From contig JAZOBF010000043.1 in assembly GCA_045595845.1 (NCBI GenBank), positions 8,293 through 72,292 of the forward strand: a stretch of DNA of 64,000 nt, given 5' to 3'. Below are positions 25,544 through 35,151 of this stretch, piece after piece. Every line of letters begins with the position of its first letter. The stretch's first letter is position 1. Origin of the DNA: Acutalibacteraceae bacterium. Lineage in GTDB: Bacteria; Bacillota; Clostridia; Oscillospirales; Acutalibacteraceae. The notes beneath the pieces are model-generated. The model ran no database searches, was not told where the DNA came from, and saw only the letters and a program-made list of their open reading frames with translations. Made by a program: the position numbers and the translations under genes.

Positions 25544-27916
25544 TTACAGAGCGGCGAGATATTTTTTAATCTCAGGCACGCTGTAATAGGTCTTGAAATT
25601 CTCCCCGTCGGTGATGACCAGCGTGGGAGCACCCTTGATACCGTACTGGCGGCACATATCGGGATGCTCTTCGGCAATCACTTTTTCATATGCAACACCC
25701 GCTTTTTGGAGCAACTGCTCGGCAACCTTGCAGTTGGGGCAGGTCACGCGGGACACGAGAATCGCTTTTGCGTTCTCAGCTTCCACGGCGGGAGTCTCTT
25801 CACAAGTGCAAGTGCAGGCTTCGACAGGTGCTTTCTCGCGCAGAACGGAGTTCTCGATGTTATACACCTTGCGGTCCTTGTATTCCTGTGATTTACCATC
25901 GTTCCAGTTTTTAACGGGACGATAGTAACCGGTGATACGGCTGTACACTTCGGTTTCCTTACCGCACAGCGGGCATTTATACAGCTCGCCCGCGAGGTAA
26001 CCGTGGTCCGCGCAGACCGAATAGGTCGGGGACATGGTGTAGTACGGCAGTTTGTGGTTTTCCGCGATCTTGCGAACGAGATCGGCGGCCGCTTTCCAGT
26101 CGGGCAGCTTCTCGCCGAGGAATGCATGGAAGACGGTACCGGAGGTGTAACGCGTCTGCAGCTCATCTTGAATCTCAAGCGCCGTAAAGATGTCCTCCGT
26201 GTAACCTACCGGCAGATGAGAGGAGTTGGTGTAATACGGTGTACCGTTCTCGTTGGCGGTAATGATTTCCGGATATTTTGCTTTGTCATGTTTCGCAAAA
26301 CGATAGGTGGTGGACTCAGCGGGAGTGGCTTCAAGGTTATACAGGTCGCCGTACGCTTCCTGATAATCGGACAGACGCTCACGCATATGGTCGAGAACCT
26401 CTTGCGCGAATTTTTGAACTTTGGTATCGGTCAAATCCGCACGCAGCCATTTCGCATTCAGGCCGACCTCGTTCATACCGATCAGACCGATTGTGGAGAA
26501 GTGGTTGGCAAAGGTGCCGAGATACCGTTTGGTGTAGGGATACAGACCGTTTTCCATCAGCTTGGTGATAACGGTGCGTTTCGTTTTGAGAGAACGGGCG
26601 GCAATATCCATCAATTTATCCAAGCGGGCATAGAAGTCCGCCTCATCCGTCGCGAGATACGCGATACGGGGAAGGTTGATGGTGACAACACCGATGGAAC
26701 CGGTAGATTCGCCGGAACCGAAGAAACCACCGGATTTCTTGCGGAGCTCACGCAGATCCAAACGCAGACGGCAGCACATACTGCGCACATCGGAGGGCTC
26801 CATATCCGAGTTGATGTAGTTGGAAAAATACGGTGTGCCGTACTTGGCGGTCATTTCAAACAACAACTTGTTGTTCTCAGTTTCGCTCCAGTCAAAATCG
26901 CGGGTAATGGAATAGGTCGGGATGGGATACTGGAATCCGCGACCGTTGGCGTCGCCCTCGATCATGGTCTCGATGCACGCCTTGTTGACCATATCCATTT
27001 CCTTTTTACTGTCGCCGTAGGTGAAATCCATCTCCTTGCCGCCGACGATCGCGGGCAGGTCTTTTAAGTCTGCCGGAACGGTCCAGTCAAGCGTGATGTT
27101 GGAGAACGGAGCCTGCGTACCCCAACGGGAGGGGGTGTTGACGCCGTAGACAAAGGACTGAATGCACTGCTTGACTTCCTTTTGTGTCAGGTTATCCACC
27201 TTCACAAAGGGAGCCAGATAGGTGTCAAAAGAGGAGAATGCCTGTGCGCCCGCCCACTCGTTTTGCATGATACCGAGGAAGTTGACCATTTGGTTGCACA
27301 GAGTCGACAAGTGGCTGGCGGGTGAGGAGGTAATCTTACCGGGCACGCCGCCGAGGCCTTCTTGAATGAGTTGTTTGAGACTCCAACCGGCGCAGTAACC
27401 GGTGAGCATGGACAGGTCATGCAGATGCAGAGCCGCACTGCGGTGAGCTTCTGCAATCTCGTCATCATAAATTTCCGACAACCAGTAGTTGGCGGTGATG
27501 GCACCCGAGTTTGAGAGAATTAAACCACCAACCGAATAGGTGACGGTGGAGTTTTCTTTCACGCGCCAGTCATTGATTTGCAGATAGTTGTCCACCAAAT
27601 CTTTATAGTTGAGCAACGCCGAGTTGACATTGCGAATCTTCTCGCGCTGTTTGCGGTACAGAATGTAGGCTTTTGCCACATCCGAATAGCCCGCCTCGGA
27701 CAACACCTGCTCTACGCAGTCTTGAATTTCCTCAACGGAAATAACACCGTCCTTGATTTTGGGCTCAAATGCCGAAGTTACCTGCAACGCCAGCATATTG
27801 ATGACGGTGGGATGATAATTTTTCTCCAACGCGTCGAATGCTTTGGTCATAGCGGCGCTGATCTTGGAAATGTCAAATTCCACGGTGCCGCCGTCGCGCT
27901 TTAGTACTTGGTACAT
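25544..27916 (-). CDS. nrdD: Anaerobic (class III) ribonucleoside-triphosphate reductase with N-terminal ATP-cone and C-terminal thioredoxin-fold (CPNC) domain
   Basis: ATP-cone VLKRDGGTVEFDISKI. Zn site CPLCG. Glycyl-radical motif RITGYYRPV (Gly codon 25928-30). About 75 extra C-terminal residues carry CPNC (25730-41) and GAPTLV. Confidence 0.9.
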   Translation of the reverse strand: MYQVLKRDGGTVEFDISKISAAMTKAFDALEKNYHPTVINMLALQVTSAFEPKIKDGVISVEEIQDCVEQVLSEAGYSDVAKAYILYRKQREKIRNVNSALLNYKDLVDNYLQINDWRVKENSTVTYSVGGLILSNSGAITANYWLSEIYDDEIAEAHRSAALHLHDLSMLTGYCAGWSLKQLIQEGLGGVPGKITSSPASHLSTLCNQMVNFLGIMQNEWAGAQAFSSFDTYLAPFVKVDNLTQKEVKQCIQSFVYGVNTPSRWGTQAPFSNITLDWTVPADLKDLPAIVGGKEMDFTYGDSKKEMDMVNKACIETMIEGDANGRGFQYPIPTYSITRDFDWSETENNKLLFEMTAKYGTPYFSNYINSDMEPSDVRSMCCRLRLDLRELRKKSGGFFGSGESTGSIGVVTINLPRIAYLATDEADFYARLDKLMDIAARSLKTKRTVITKLMENGLYPYTKRYLGTFANHFSTIGLIGMNEVGLNAKWLRADLTDTKVQKFAQEVLDHMRERLSDYQEAYGDLYNLEATPAESTTYRFAKHDKAKYPEIITANENGTPYYTNSSHLPVGYTEDIFTALEIQDELQTRYTSGTVFHAFLGEKLPDWKAAADLVRKIAENHKLPYYTMSPTYSVCADHGYLAGELYKCPLCGKETEVYSRITGYYRPVKNWNDGKSQEYKDRKVYNIENSVLREKAPVEACTCTCEETPAVEAENAKAILVSRVTCPNCKVAEQLLQKAGVAYEKVIAEEHPDMCRQYGIKGAPTLVITDGENFKTYYSVPEIKKYLAAL

Positions 27917-28016
27917 ACTGAAATCCTCCTCTTTATGTATTCTTAATTCTTTAACACTTCATAAACCACCCTGAGAGGGCGAGTGTTTACACTATACCAC
28001 AATTTGTAGCTAATGT

Positions 28017-28062
28017 CAATATGTTGTGTGTAATATTTTTTAAAAACCACAAGATATTGTGT
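28017..28062. promoter_or_regulatory. NrdR-box pair upstream of nrdD
   Basis: Strong box CCACAAGATATTGTGT at 28047-62 abuts the nrdG stop codon (28063-65). A weaker partner, TCAATATGTTGTGTGT, lies at 28017-32, about 30 bp centre to centre. Confidence 0.65.
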
Positions 28063-28770
28063 TTAAGACTGCCCGCGAATGAAAATTTCCGAGACATAGG
28101 GGGCGAGACTATCGCGACAGGCAGCCAGTTTCTCGTCTGTCGGCGCGTGCAATCCTGCGCACAGTACGCTGTCGCGGTCTACATAGCTTTGTAAAAAGAA
28201 CCGTGTCGCCTTGCGTTCCGGTGACAGGCGGGAGAGCCACTGTCCGATTTCCGCAAACGCTTGCTCATCGTGCAACTCGTCTGCAACCGTGGTGCGTAAC
28301 TCGTAATCCACCGCACCGCTCAATAAAAAGGCAAGACTTTCTTCAACGGCGGCGAGGTCTATGCATGGAAAGCCGATGGTTTGCGGATATCGTGAGGGAC
28401 TGTTCTTGACATCCATTGCGACATAGTCAAGCAATCCGTTATCCACCAATTGCTTGAGCACCTCCGGCCGACTGCCGTTGGTGTCCAGCTTGACCGCATA
28501 GCCGAGCGCTTTAATCGTTCGAATCAAGTCTGCAAGGTCCGCATGCAATGTCGGTTCTCCGCCGCTGATGCACACGGCATCCAACAAGCCCTGCCGCTTT
28601 TGTAAAAAAGCCAACAGTTCGTCGGTGCTAATCGTTTCGGGGGAGGCATCCAACAGGTCGCGGTTGTGACAAAACGGGCAACGAAAATTACACCCCTGCA
28701 AAAAGACCGTGCAAGCGACCTTTCCGGGATAATCCAGCAAGGTCATTTTTTGAAGTCCCGCTATCACCAT
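28063..28770 (-). CDS. nrdG: Anaerobic RNR activating radical-SAM protein
   Basis: CNFRCPFCHN radical-SAM cluster motif and GGEPTL. Confidence 0.9.
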   Translation of the reverse strand: MVIAGLQKMTLLDYPGKVACTVFLQGCNFRCPFCHNRDLLDASPETISTDELLAFLQKRQGLLDAVCISGGEPTLHADLADLIRTIKALGYAVKLDTNGSRPEVLKQLVDNGLLDYVAMDVKNSPSRYPQTIGFPCIDLAAVEESLAFLLSGAVDYELRTTVADELHDEQAFAEIGQWLSRLSPERKATRFFLQSYVDRDSVLCAGLHAPTDEKLAACRDSLAPYVSEIFIRGQS

Positions 28771-28810
28771 TCGGCACCCTCCCCTCGTTTTTAGCGCGCC
28801 TTCACATCAT

Positions 28811-28858
28811 ACTATATGTAGTGCGGCTTGTCAACACAAAAAACACAAGATATTGTGT
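28811..28858. promoter_or_regulatory. NrdR-box pair upstream of nrdG
   Basis: ACACAAGATATTGTGT at 28843-58 is a near-perfect match to acaCwAtATaTwGtgt. A weaker box, ACTATATGTAGTGCGG, lies at 28811-26, 32 bp centre to centre. Confidence 0.7.
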
Positions 28859-28993
28859 TTTTTTCTGTTTTAATCCCATATTTTGGGTAGCAAGCGTGAA
28901 AAATCGACGAAAGAAGCACTGTTTAGACAGCGGGATTCCCGCAAAAATTCACGGACAAGCCGTTATACTTTTACTCACAAGGAGGACGAGCAA

Positions 28994-29341
28994 ATGGTGG
29001 TACGAATAGAGGAAACTGCGCACGAGGTAACGGCGTGGTTGTCGGGCGAACTGGACCATCACACAGCGCGTGTGATGCGTGAACAAATCGATGCGGCGGT
29101 GGGGAGATCACCCGCTACGGTATTACGGCTCGATTTTTCCGGTGTCGGATTTATGGACAGTTCGGGAATTGGGCTTGTCATGGGACGCTACCGTTTGATG
29201 CAATCACGCGGCGGTCGGTTATTGGTAGTGGGCGTGTCCGAACGCTTATTGCGCGTGATGCGTTTGGCGGGACTGGAACGCTTACCCGTTTGGGAAGACG
29301 CGACAAACAGTAGAACAAAGAAAGAGGCGTATAAGCGATGA
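28994..29341 (+). CDS. spoIIAA: Anti-sigma-F factor antagonist (STAS)
   Basis: AAGGAGG RBS. STAS fold with FMDSSGIG phospho-serine motif. Precedes spoIIAB-sigF. Confidence 0.9.
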   Translation: MVVRIEETAHEVTAWLSGELDHHTARVMREQIDAAVGRSPATVLRLDFSGVGFMDSSGIGLVMGRYRLMQSRGGRLLVVGVSERLLRVMRLAGLERLPVWEDATNSRTKKEAYKR

Positions 29342-29790
29342 AAAAACCAATGAATGAAATGAAACTGACATTCCCCAGCCGCTCGGCAAATGAGGGATTC
29401 GCGCGCTCGGCGGTGGCATCTTTTTTATCCCAACTGGATCCGGCGGTAGACGAACTGGCGGATCTGCGCACGGCGGTATCCGAGGCGGTGACCAACTGCA
29501 TCGTGCATGCGTACCGCGATACCATCGGCATGATTACCATCCAGATGCGTCTGTATGCCGACGGACGCGCGGTCATCAAGATTCGCGACCGCGGTTGCGG
29601 GATAGCGGATGTAGAGCAGGCGATGGAACCGCTGTTTACCACAGGCGGGGATGACCGATCGGGGCTCGGCTTTTCCGTTATGGAAAGCTTTACCGATCGT
29701 TTGCGGGTATCATCCAAAGCGGGACGCGGTACGGTCGTAACCATGGAAAAATATATCGCGGTAAAGGAACGGCAGGCGACTTCGGCGTGA
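29338..29790 (+). CDS. spoIIAB: Anti-sigma F factor (serine kinase)
   Basis: HATPase_c motifs EAVTNCIVHAY, DRGCGI, GLGFSVM. 4-nt overlap with spoIIAA. Confidence 0.9.
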   Translation: MKKPMNEMKLTFPSRSANEGFARSAVASFLSQLDPAVDELADLRTAVSEAVTNCIVHAYRDTIGMITIQMRLYADGRAVIKIRDRGCGIADVEQAMEPLFTTGGDDRSGLGFSVMESFTDRLRVSSKAGRGTVVTMEKYIAVKERQATSA

Positions 29791-30446
29791 GCGAACGCGA
29801 CGAAAAGATTTGTAGTAATATAGGGTTGGTACATACCTGTGCCCGCCGATTTGTCGGCCGCGGGATTGAATATGATGATCTGTATCAGGCGGGCAGCATG
29901 GGGCTTGTCAAAGCGGTAGACGGCTTTGACGAAAGCAGAGGTCTTAAATTTTCCACCTACGCCGTTCCGGTGATATTAGGGGAAATCCGCCGTTTATTTC
30001 GTGACGGCGGTACGGTCAAGGTCAGCCGTTCTCTAAAAGAATTGGCAATGCGCGTCTCGCGTGAGCGGGATGCGTTTTGTCTGCGAGAAGGCAGAGAACC
30101 AAGCGTGACCGAGCTCGCGGAAGCGTTGGGCATTGAACGCGAGCAGGCGGCAGAGGCACTCGGTGCCTCGCTCCCTGCGCTGTCGTTGACACGAAGCGGC
30201 GAGGAGGATAGCGGAGACGAAGTGGATATCCCCGTCGATTCGCCCGAAGAAACTATCACCAACCGTTTAGCATTACGGCAATTATTGGAAGAGCTTCCAT
30301 TATCTGACCGTACATTAATTGAGTACCGCTATTTCAAACGCCAGACGCAACAGGTTACTGCTCAACAGCTCGGCATGACACAAGTACAAGTATCGCGGCG
30401 CGAACGCGCCATTCTGCGGCGGTTGCGTGAGCAATTAATAGGATAA
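29787..30446 (+). CDS. sigF: Sporulation sigma factor F
   Basis: Sigma-70 region 2 (DLYQAGSMGLVKAVDGFD) and region 4 (TQVQVSRRERAILRRL). Third gene of the spoIIA operon. Confidence 0.9.
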   Translation: MSERDEKICSNIGLVHTCARRFVGRGIEYDDLYQAGSMGLVKAVDGFDESRGLKFSTYAVPVILGEIRRLFRDGGTVKVSRSLKELAMRVSRERDAFCLREGREPSVTELAEALGIEREQAAEALGASLPALSLTRSGEEDSGDEVDIPVDSPEETITNRLALRQLLEELPLSDRTLIEYRYFKRQTQQVTAQQLGMTQVQVSRRERAILRRLREQLIG

Positions 30447-30458
30447 TATTAAAAAAAT

Positions 30459-30510
30459 AAAACATTTGTTCGACTTTCCTCTTGATTTTTGCAAAAATAG
30501 CGAGTATAAT
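30459..30510 (+). promoter_or_regulatory. recA promoter with degenerate LexA (Cheo) box
   Basis: AAAAC-ATTT-GTTCG at 30459-72, against consensus CGAAC-N4-GTTCG. TTGATT (30482-87), 17-nt spacer, TATAAT (30505-10). Confidence 0.5.
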
Positions 30511-30553
30511 GAAAAAAGTGATTGCAACATGTGGAAAAAAGGGGAAAACGAGC

Positions 30554-31702
30554 ATGGCTGATATGAAAAAGAAAGCGGCACCTGCCGCGGCACCGACCAC
30601 CAACAAACAAAAGGCGTTGGAAGCGGCGTTGTCGCAAATTGAAAAAGCGTACGGAAAAGGTGCGGTGATGCGGCTGGGCGAAAATGCCAATATGAATGTG
30701 GAAGTTATCCCGACCGGTTCGCTGACATTGGATTTAGCGCTCGGTGTGGGCGGGTTGCCCCGCGGCCGTATTGTGGAAATCTACGGGCCGGAAGCGTCGG
30801 GCAAAACGACGCTGGCGTTGCACGCAGTCGCACAGGCGCAACAGCAAGGCGGCGAAGCGGCGTATATTGATGTAGAGCACGCATTGGACCCGGTGTATGC
30901 AAAGGCATTGGGCGTGGATGTGGATTCGTTGCTGGTGTCGCAGCCGGATACCGGTGAGCAGGCACTGGAAATCGCCGAAGCGCTGATTCGTTCGGGTGCT
31001 ATCGACATGGTGGTTATCGACTCGGTTGCGGCGCTTGTGCCGCGTCAGGAAATCGAGGGCGAGATGGGTGACGCGCATGTTGGTTTGCAGGCACGGCTGA
31101 TGTCGCAGGCAATGCGCAAACTCGCGGCGGCAGTCGGCAAAGCGGGCTGTGTGGCTATCTTTATCAACCAGTTACGCATGAAGGTCGGTGTGGTGTACGG
31201 CAACCCCGAAGTCACGGCGGGCGGTAACGCGCTGAAATATTACGCCTCGGTGCGTTTGGATGTGCGCCGTACCGAAACGCTCAAAGCGGGCGGTGAACCC
31301 ATCGGCTCACATACCCGCGTGCGCGTGGTAAAGAACAAGGTCGCCCCGCCGTTTAAAGAGGCAGAGTTTGATGTCATGTACGGCAAGGGCATTTCCCGCA
31401 TGGGCGAATTGTTGGATCTTGCCATCAAACTGGACATTATTCAAAAATCGGGTTCATGGTTCTCGTATAAGGAAGAACGCTTAGGCCAGGGCCGTGATAA
31501 TGTCAAGGATTTATTGATGGCGAATGCGGCACTCAGTGCGGAAATCGAGCAGAAAGTGATCGAGGCAATCCAAAGCGGCCATGCCGACTCCGCCGCGGAG
31601 CCGACAGGCGGTGTGCCCGTCGAAATCCCGATTGGTGCGGCGGCACAGTATACTACGAATGCGGCGCGTTCGGTCATTGATATTGCGGTAGACGACGAAT
31701 GA
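30554..31702 (+). CDS. recA: Recombinase A
   Basis: [12 protein letters not shown] Walker [18 protein letters not shown]. Confidence 0.97.
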   Translation: MADMKKKAAPAAAPTTNKQKALEAALSQIEKAYGKGAVMRLGENANMNVEVIPTGSLTLDLALGVGGLPRGRIVEIYGPEASGKTTLALHAVAQAQQQGGEAAYIDVEHALDPVYAKALGVDVDSLLVSQPDTGEQALEIAEALIRSGAIDMVVIDSVAALVPRQEIEGEMGDAHVGLQARLMSQAMRKLAAAVGKAGCVAIFINQLRMKVGVVYGNPEVTAGGNALKYYASVRLDVRRTETLKAGGEPIGSHTRVRVVKNKVAPPFKEAEFDVMYGKGISRMGELLDLAIKLDIIQKSGSWFSYKEERLGQGRDNVKDLLMANAALSAEIEQKVIEAIQSGHADSAAEPTGGVPVEIPIGAAAQYTTNAARSVIDIAVDDE

Positions 31703-32331
31703 TTATCGTCGGTGTCCGTCCCGCCCGTCAGAGCCGCGTCAAAATCGTGACCGATACAGGTGAGGAGTTTTTAATTGATAAAAAAACATGGGAGGAGTCT
31801 GCCTATTCGGTGGAATCCTCCCTGTCAGAGGACCAACTTGAAGAGTTGATTCGGGAATCCAATCACCGCCGTGCGCAAAGCAGGGCGGTGTATTTGCTGT
31901 CTAAACGCGATTTTTCCCGCCGAGAACTCGAGCAAAAGCTGTGTCGCGAACGCGGACGGTATATACCCGAAAACAAGGAATTGGCTCAACAAACGGCGGC
32001 ACACATGGAAGAGTTGGGATTTGTCAACGATACCGCCTACGCCGCGCGGCTGGCGGAGCGATACACTACCGAACGGTTGTATCCACGGCGTCGGGTGGTG
32101 CAAAAACTCCTTGAAAAAGGCATCGCCCGCCAAATTGCCGAAGAAGCGGTATCGGCGCTTGATACCGAGGACGAAGATCTCGCACTTGAATTTTTAAGAA
32201 AAAAGCGGTATACTGTTCCGAGTGAACAGCATGAGGCAGAGCGTATCGCCGCCGCCATGGCACGGTACGGGTTTGCCGGTGAAGTTATCCGTCGCGCCAT
32301 GCGCCGATGGATGGAGGACGAACATGAGTAA
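31699..32331 (+). CDS. recX: Recombination regulator RecX
   Basis: 4-nt overlap with recA. Helical-repeat protein of typical RecX length. Confidence 0.75.
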   Translation: MIIVGVRPARQSRVKIVTDTGEEFLIDKKTWEESAYSVESSLSEDQLEELIRESNHRRAQSRAVYLLSKRDFSRRELEQKLCRERGRYIPENKELAQQTAAHMEELGFVNDTAYAARLAERYTTERLYPRRRVVQKLLEKGIARQIAEEAVSALDTEDEDLALEFLRKKRYTVPSEQHEAERIAAAMARYGFAGEVIRRAMRRWMEDEHE

Positions 32332-33646
32332 AATCGGAATGGTATCGCTTGGATGTCCCAAAAACCAGATGGACGCCGAATTGATGCTGGCGAAATTGCA
32401 GAAAGCGGGATTTCAACTGACGGCGGAAAGCGGGCTTGCAGATGTGGTCATTGTCAATACCTGTGGGTTTATTGAGGATGCCAAGCGAGAAGCAATTGAA
32501 AATATATTGGAAATTGCTCAGCTTAAAAAAGAGGGACAGATTAAAAAGATTATTGTCACGGGATGTCTGGCACAACGCTACCAAGAGGAATTGTGCCGCG
32601 AGTTACCCGAATGCGACGCTGTGCTGGGACTCGGTGCCAATGACGACATTGTCGAGGTTGTAAACGAGGTGCTGGAGAATAAGACAACGGCGCGTTTTCC
32701 GTCTTTGTCCTGTTGGCATTTGGATGGTGACCGCCTGCAAACGACACCCGACTTTTTTGCGTACTTGCGCATCGGTGACGGATGCAATAACTGTTGTACT
32801 TACTGTGCGATTCCGCATATTCGCGGTCGTTTGCGCAGCCGCGATATGGACACGGTGGTGGACGAAGCACGCACCCTTGTTCAAAACGGCGTAAAAGAAC
32901 TGGTACTTGTCGCACAGGATACCACGCTGTACGGCGCCGAAAACGATGGCGTTTCCAAGCTGCCGCAATTATTGACGCGGTTGTGTGACATTGAGGGCTT
33001 GTGTTGGATACGGCTTTTGTATTGCTATCCCGAGCACATTACGGAAGATCTGTTAGATGTGATGGCAAAGCAAGACAAGATTGCCAAGTATTTGGATATT
33101 CCGATTCAACACGCAAGCGGGCGAGTCTTAAACGCCATGAATCGTCCGGGTGACCGTGAGAGTTTAACGAAACTCATGGCGCATATCCGGGAAAAAGTGC
33201 CGGGTATGGTGTTGCGTACCACGGTGATGACGGGCTTCCCGAATGAAACCGAGGATGATTTTGAGCAGTTGTGTGAATTCATCAAGGAAGTTCGGTTTGA
33301 GCGGCTTGGTTGTTTTGCGTTTTCCGCTGAGGAAGGAACGGCGGCCGCCGCCATGCAACCGCAGGTGCCTGAAGAGGTGCGCCGCGACCGTCGCGATATC
33401 GTGATGGAATTGCAAACGCGCATCGCAGAAGATTATCAGTCAGCACAAGTCGGTAAGACGGTGGATGTGTTGGTGGAATCCTTTGATCGGTACGCGGAAT
33501 GCTGGTTTGGCCGCACATACGGCGACGCGCCGGATATCGACGGAAAAGTGTTTTTTACGACGCGTGAGCGTGTTGTACCCGGTGATATTGTGCAAGTAAA
33601 GATCACCGAATACATGGATTGGGATCTTGTGGGGGAACGGATATGA
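32324..33646 (+). CDS. rimO: Ribosomal protein S12 methylthiotransferase
   Basis: SLGCPKNQMDAE MTTase N-terminal domain, radical-SAM CNNCCTYC, C-terminal TRAM domain. Confidence 0.9.
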   Translation: MSKIGMVSLGCPKNQMDAELMLAKLQKAGFQLTAESGLADVVIVNTCGFIEDAKREAIENILEIAQLKKEGQIKKIIVTGCLAQRYQEELCRELPECDAVLGLGANDDIVEVVNEVLENKTTARFPSLSCWHLDGDRLQTTPDFFAYLRIGDGCNNCCTYCAIPHIRGRLRSRDMDTVVDEARTLVQNGVKELVLVAQDTTLYGAENDGVSKLPQLLTRLCDIEGLCWIRLLYCYPEHITEDLLDVMAKQDKIAKYLDIPIQHASGRVLNAMNRPGDRESLTKLMAHIREKVPGMVLRTTVMTGFPNETEDDFEQLCEFIKEVRFERLGCFAFSAEEGTAAAAMQPQVPEEVRRDRRDIVMELQTRIAEDYQSAQVGKTVDVLVESFDRYAECWFGRTYGDAPDIDGKVFFTTRERVVPGDIVQVKITEYMDWDLVGERI

Positions 33647-34233
33647 ATTTACCGAATAAATTAACGGTCGTGCGCATTTTGTTGACACCGCTTTTTTTGT
33701 TGTTTGCCGTATGGGACTTCCCGTTCCATTATGCGGTAGCGCTTGTTGTGTTTATTGCGGCAGCGCTGACTGATATGTTTGACGGGCGTATTGCGCGTGC
33801 CAGAGGACTTATCACCAACCTCGGCAAATTTTTGGACCCGCTTGCGGATAAAATGCTCACCACCGCCGCGTTTTTGGTATTTATGGTAACGGGGCAAATG
33901 GATATATGGGCGCTGATGATTGTGCTCACGCGGGAATTTATGGTGACTTCCGTTCGCTTGCTTGCCGCCAAAGACGGTACGGTGATTGCGGCCAGTATTT
34001 GGGGAAAAGCCAAAACGGTTGCACAGTTTATTGCCGTTATCTATACGCTGACGGCGCTCGAATTTTCGACTTGGCAACACGGTATCTTAGCGGCGCTTCC
34101 GTTGCCGAACGCGGTATTTTCAATTCCGTTGATCGTCGGTGAGGTATGTATCTGGATTTCGGTAGTACTGACGGCGGTATCGGGAGTTGAATATGTGTAT
34201 GCTAACCGCCACTTTTTCAAAGATTCAAAATAA
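33643..34233 (+). CDS. pgsA: CDP-diacylglycerol--glycerol-3-phosphate 3-phosphatidyltransferase
   Basis: DGRIAR...G..LDPLADK CDP-alcohol phosphatidyltransferase motif. Confidence 0.9.
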   Translation: MNLPNKLTVVRILLTPLFLLFAVWDFPFHYAVALVVFIAAALTDMFDGRIARARGLITNLGKFLDPLADKMLTTAAFLVFMVTGQMDIWALMIVLTREFMVTSVRLLAAKDGTVIAASIWGKAKTVAQFIAVIYTLTALEFSTWQHGILAALPLPNAVFSIPLIVGEVCIWISVVLTAVSGVEYVYANRHFFKDSK

Positions 34234-34270
34234 CAGTAGACATTTTTAAAAATTCTGCTATACTAAAACT

Positions 34271-34508
34271 AATGAACTGCATTGAGCGGGAAAAGTAACC
34301 GACAGGTCACTGTATCAGAGAGAGGATGTCACCGGCTGAAAGCATCCTTAACAGGACGGCGGCGAACATGCACCCGTGAGCAGACAAGGGGAACGGTATT
34401 GCTCAGTATCCTTGTCCGGTGAGCCGCCGTTATCGGTTTTTAAGTGAAACACGAAGTGGAACCGTGCCTTGCACCTTCGTCGCGAATTGTCGCGACGAAG
34501 GTTTTTTG
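34271..34508 (+). promoter_or_regulatory. T-box leader, Cys specifier (UGC), with terminator
   Basis: AGAGA element. Specifier GAACA-UGC-A with the codon at 34369-71. T-box sequence AAGUGGAACCGUGCC. Terminator CCTTCGTCGCGA/TCGCGACGAAGG plus TTTTTT (34474-34507). Confidence 0.85.
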
Positions 34509-34524
34509 TTTTGGGAGGGATACG

Positions 34525-35148
34525 ATGTTTGAACGACTCAAAGAGGATATCGCGGTCGTACGGGAAAAAGACCCCGCCGCGCGCTCAACTCTGGAAATTT
34601 TATTGTTATATAACGGACTCAAGGCGGTTCGGGCACATCGGCGTGCCAACTGGTGCTACCGCCACGGCTTTAAGTTTTGGGCGCGCTTTATTTCCCAGCA
34701 CGCCCTTCGCCGTACCGGCATTGAGATTCATCCCGCGGCAACCATTGGGCGGCGGTTGTTCATCGACCACGGCACAGGCGTTGTGATTGGCGAGACCACC
34801 GTCATCGGTGATGATTGCACGCTGTATCAGGGTGTAACGCTCGGCGGTACGGGCAAGGATAAAGGGAAACGCCACCCGACACTCGGCAATCGGGTGATGG
34901 TGGGTGCAGGCGCAAAGGTGCTCGGGCCGATTGAAATCGGCGATCATGTGCGCATTGCCGCCGGTGCGGTGGTACTGCAAAACATCCCGTCGGATTCCAC
35001 GGCGGTGGGCGTGCCGGCACGCGTGGTGCGGCGATATGGAGAAAAGGTGCCCGAACTGGATCAGGTGAATATTCCCGATCCGGTCGCACAAGAGATTCAG
35101 CGCTTGGAACAGCGTATTGACGAATTACTGCAAAACGGAGGGAACTGA
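34525..35148 (+). CDS. cysE: Serine O-acetyltransferase
   Basis: Hexapeptide repeats IHPAATIGRRLFIDHGTGVVIGETTVIGDDCTLYQGVTLGG. Confidence 0.9.
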   Translation: MFERLKEDIAVVREKDPAARSTLEILLLYNGLKAVRAHRRANWCYRHGFKFWARFISQHALRRTGIEIHPAATIGRRLFIDHGTGVVIGETTVIGDDCTLYQGVTLGGTGKDKGKRHPTLGNRVMVGAGAKVLGPIEIGDHVRIAAGAVVLQNIPSDSTAVGVPARVVRRYGEKVPELDQVNIPDPVAQEIQRLEQRIDELLQNGGN

Positions 35149-35151
35149 CAC

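Noticed and set aside
26003-27067. 354-aa plus-strand ORF inside nrdD, with several others between 25430 and 27904
   Set aside because: Antisense to a fully recognisable NrdD. The composition (G/R/V-rich) is typical of shadow ORFs.
28771-28993. Spo0A boxes or a sigma-H promoter upstream of spoIIAA
   Set aside because: I found only one-mismatch fragments (for example TTAGACA, TGTCAAC) and no convincing -35/-10 pair. That is not enough to annotate without a position weight matrix scan.
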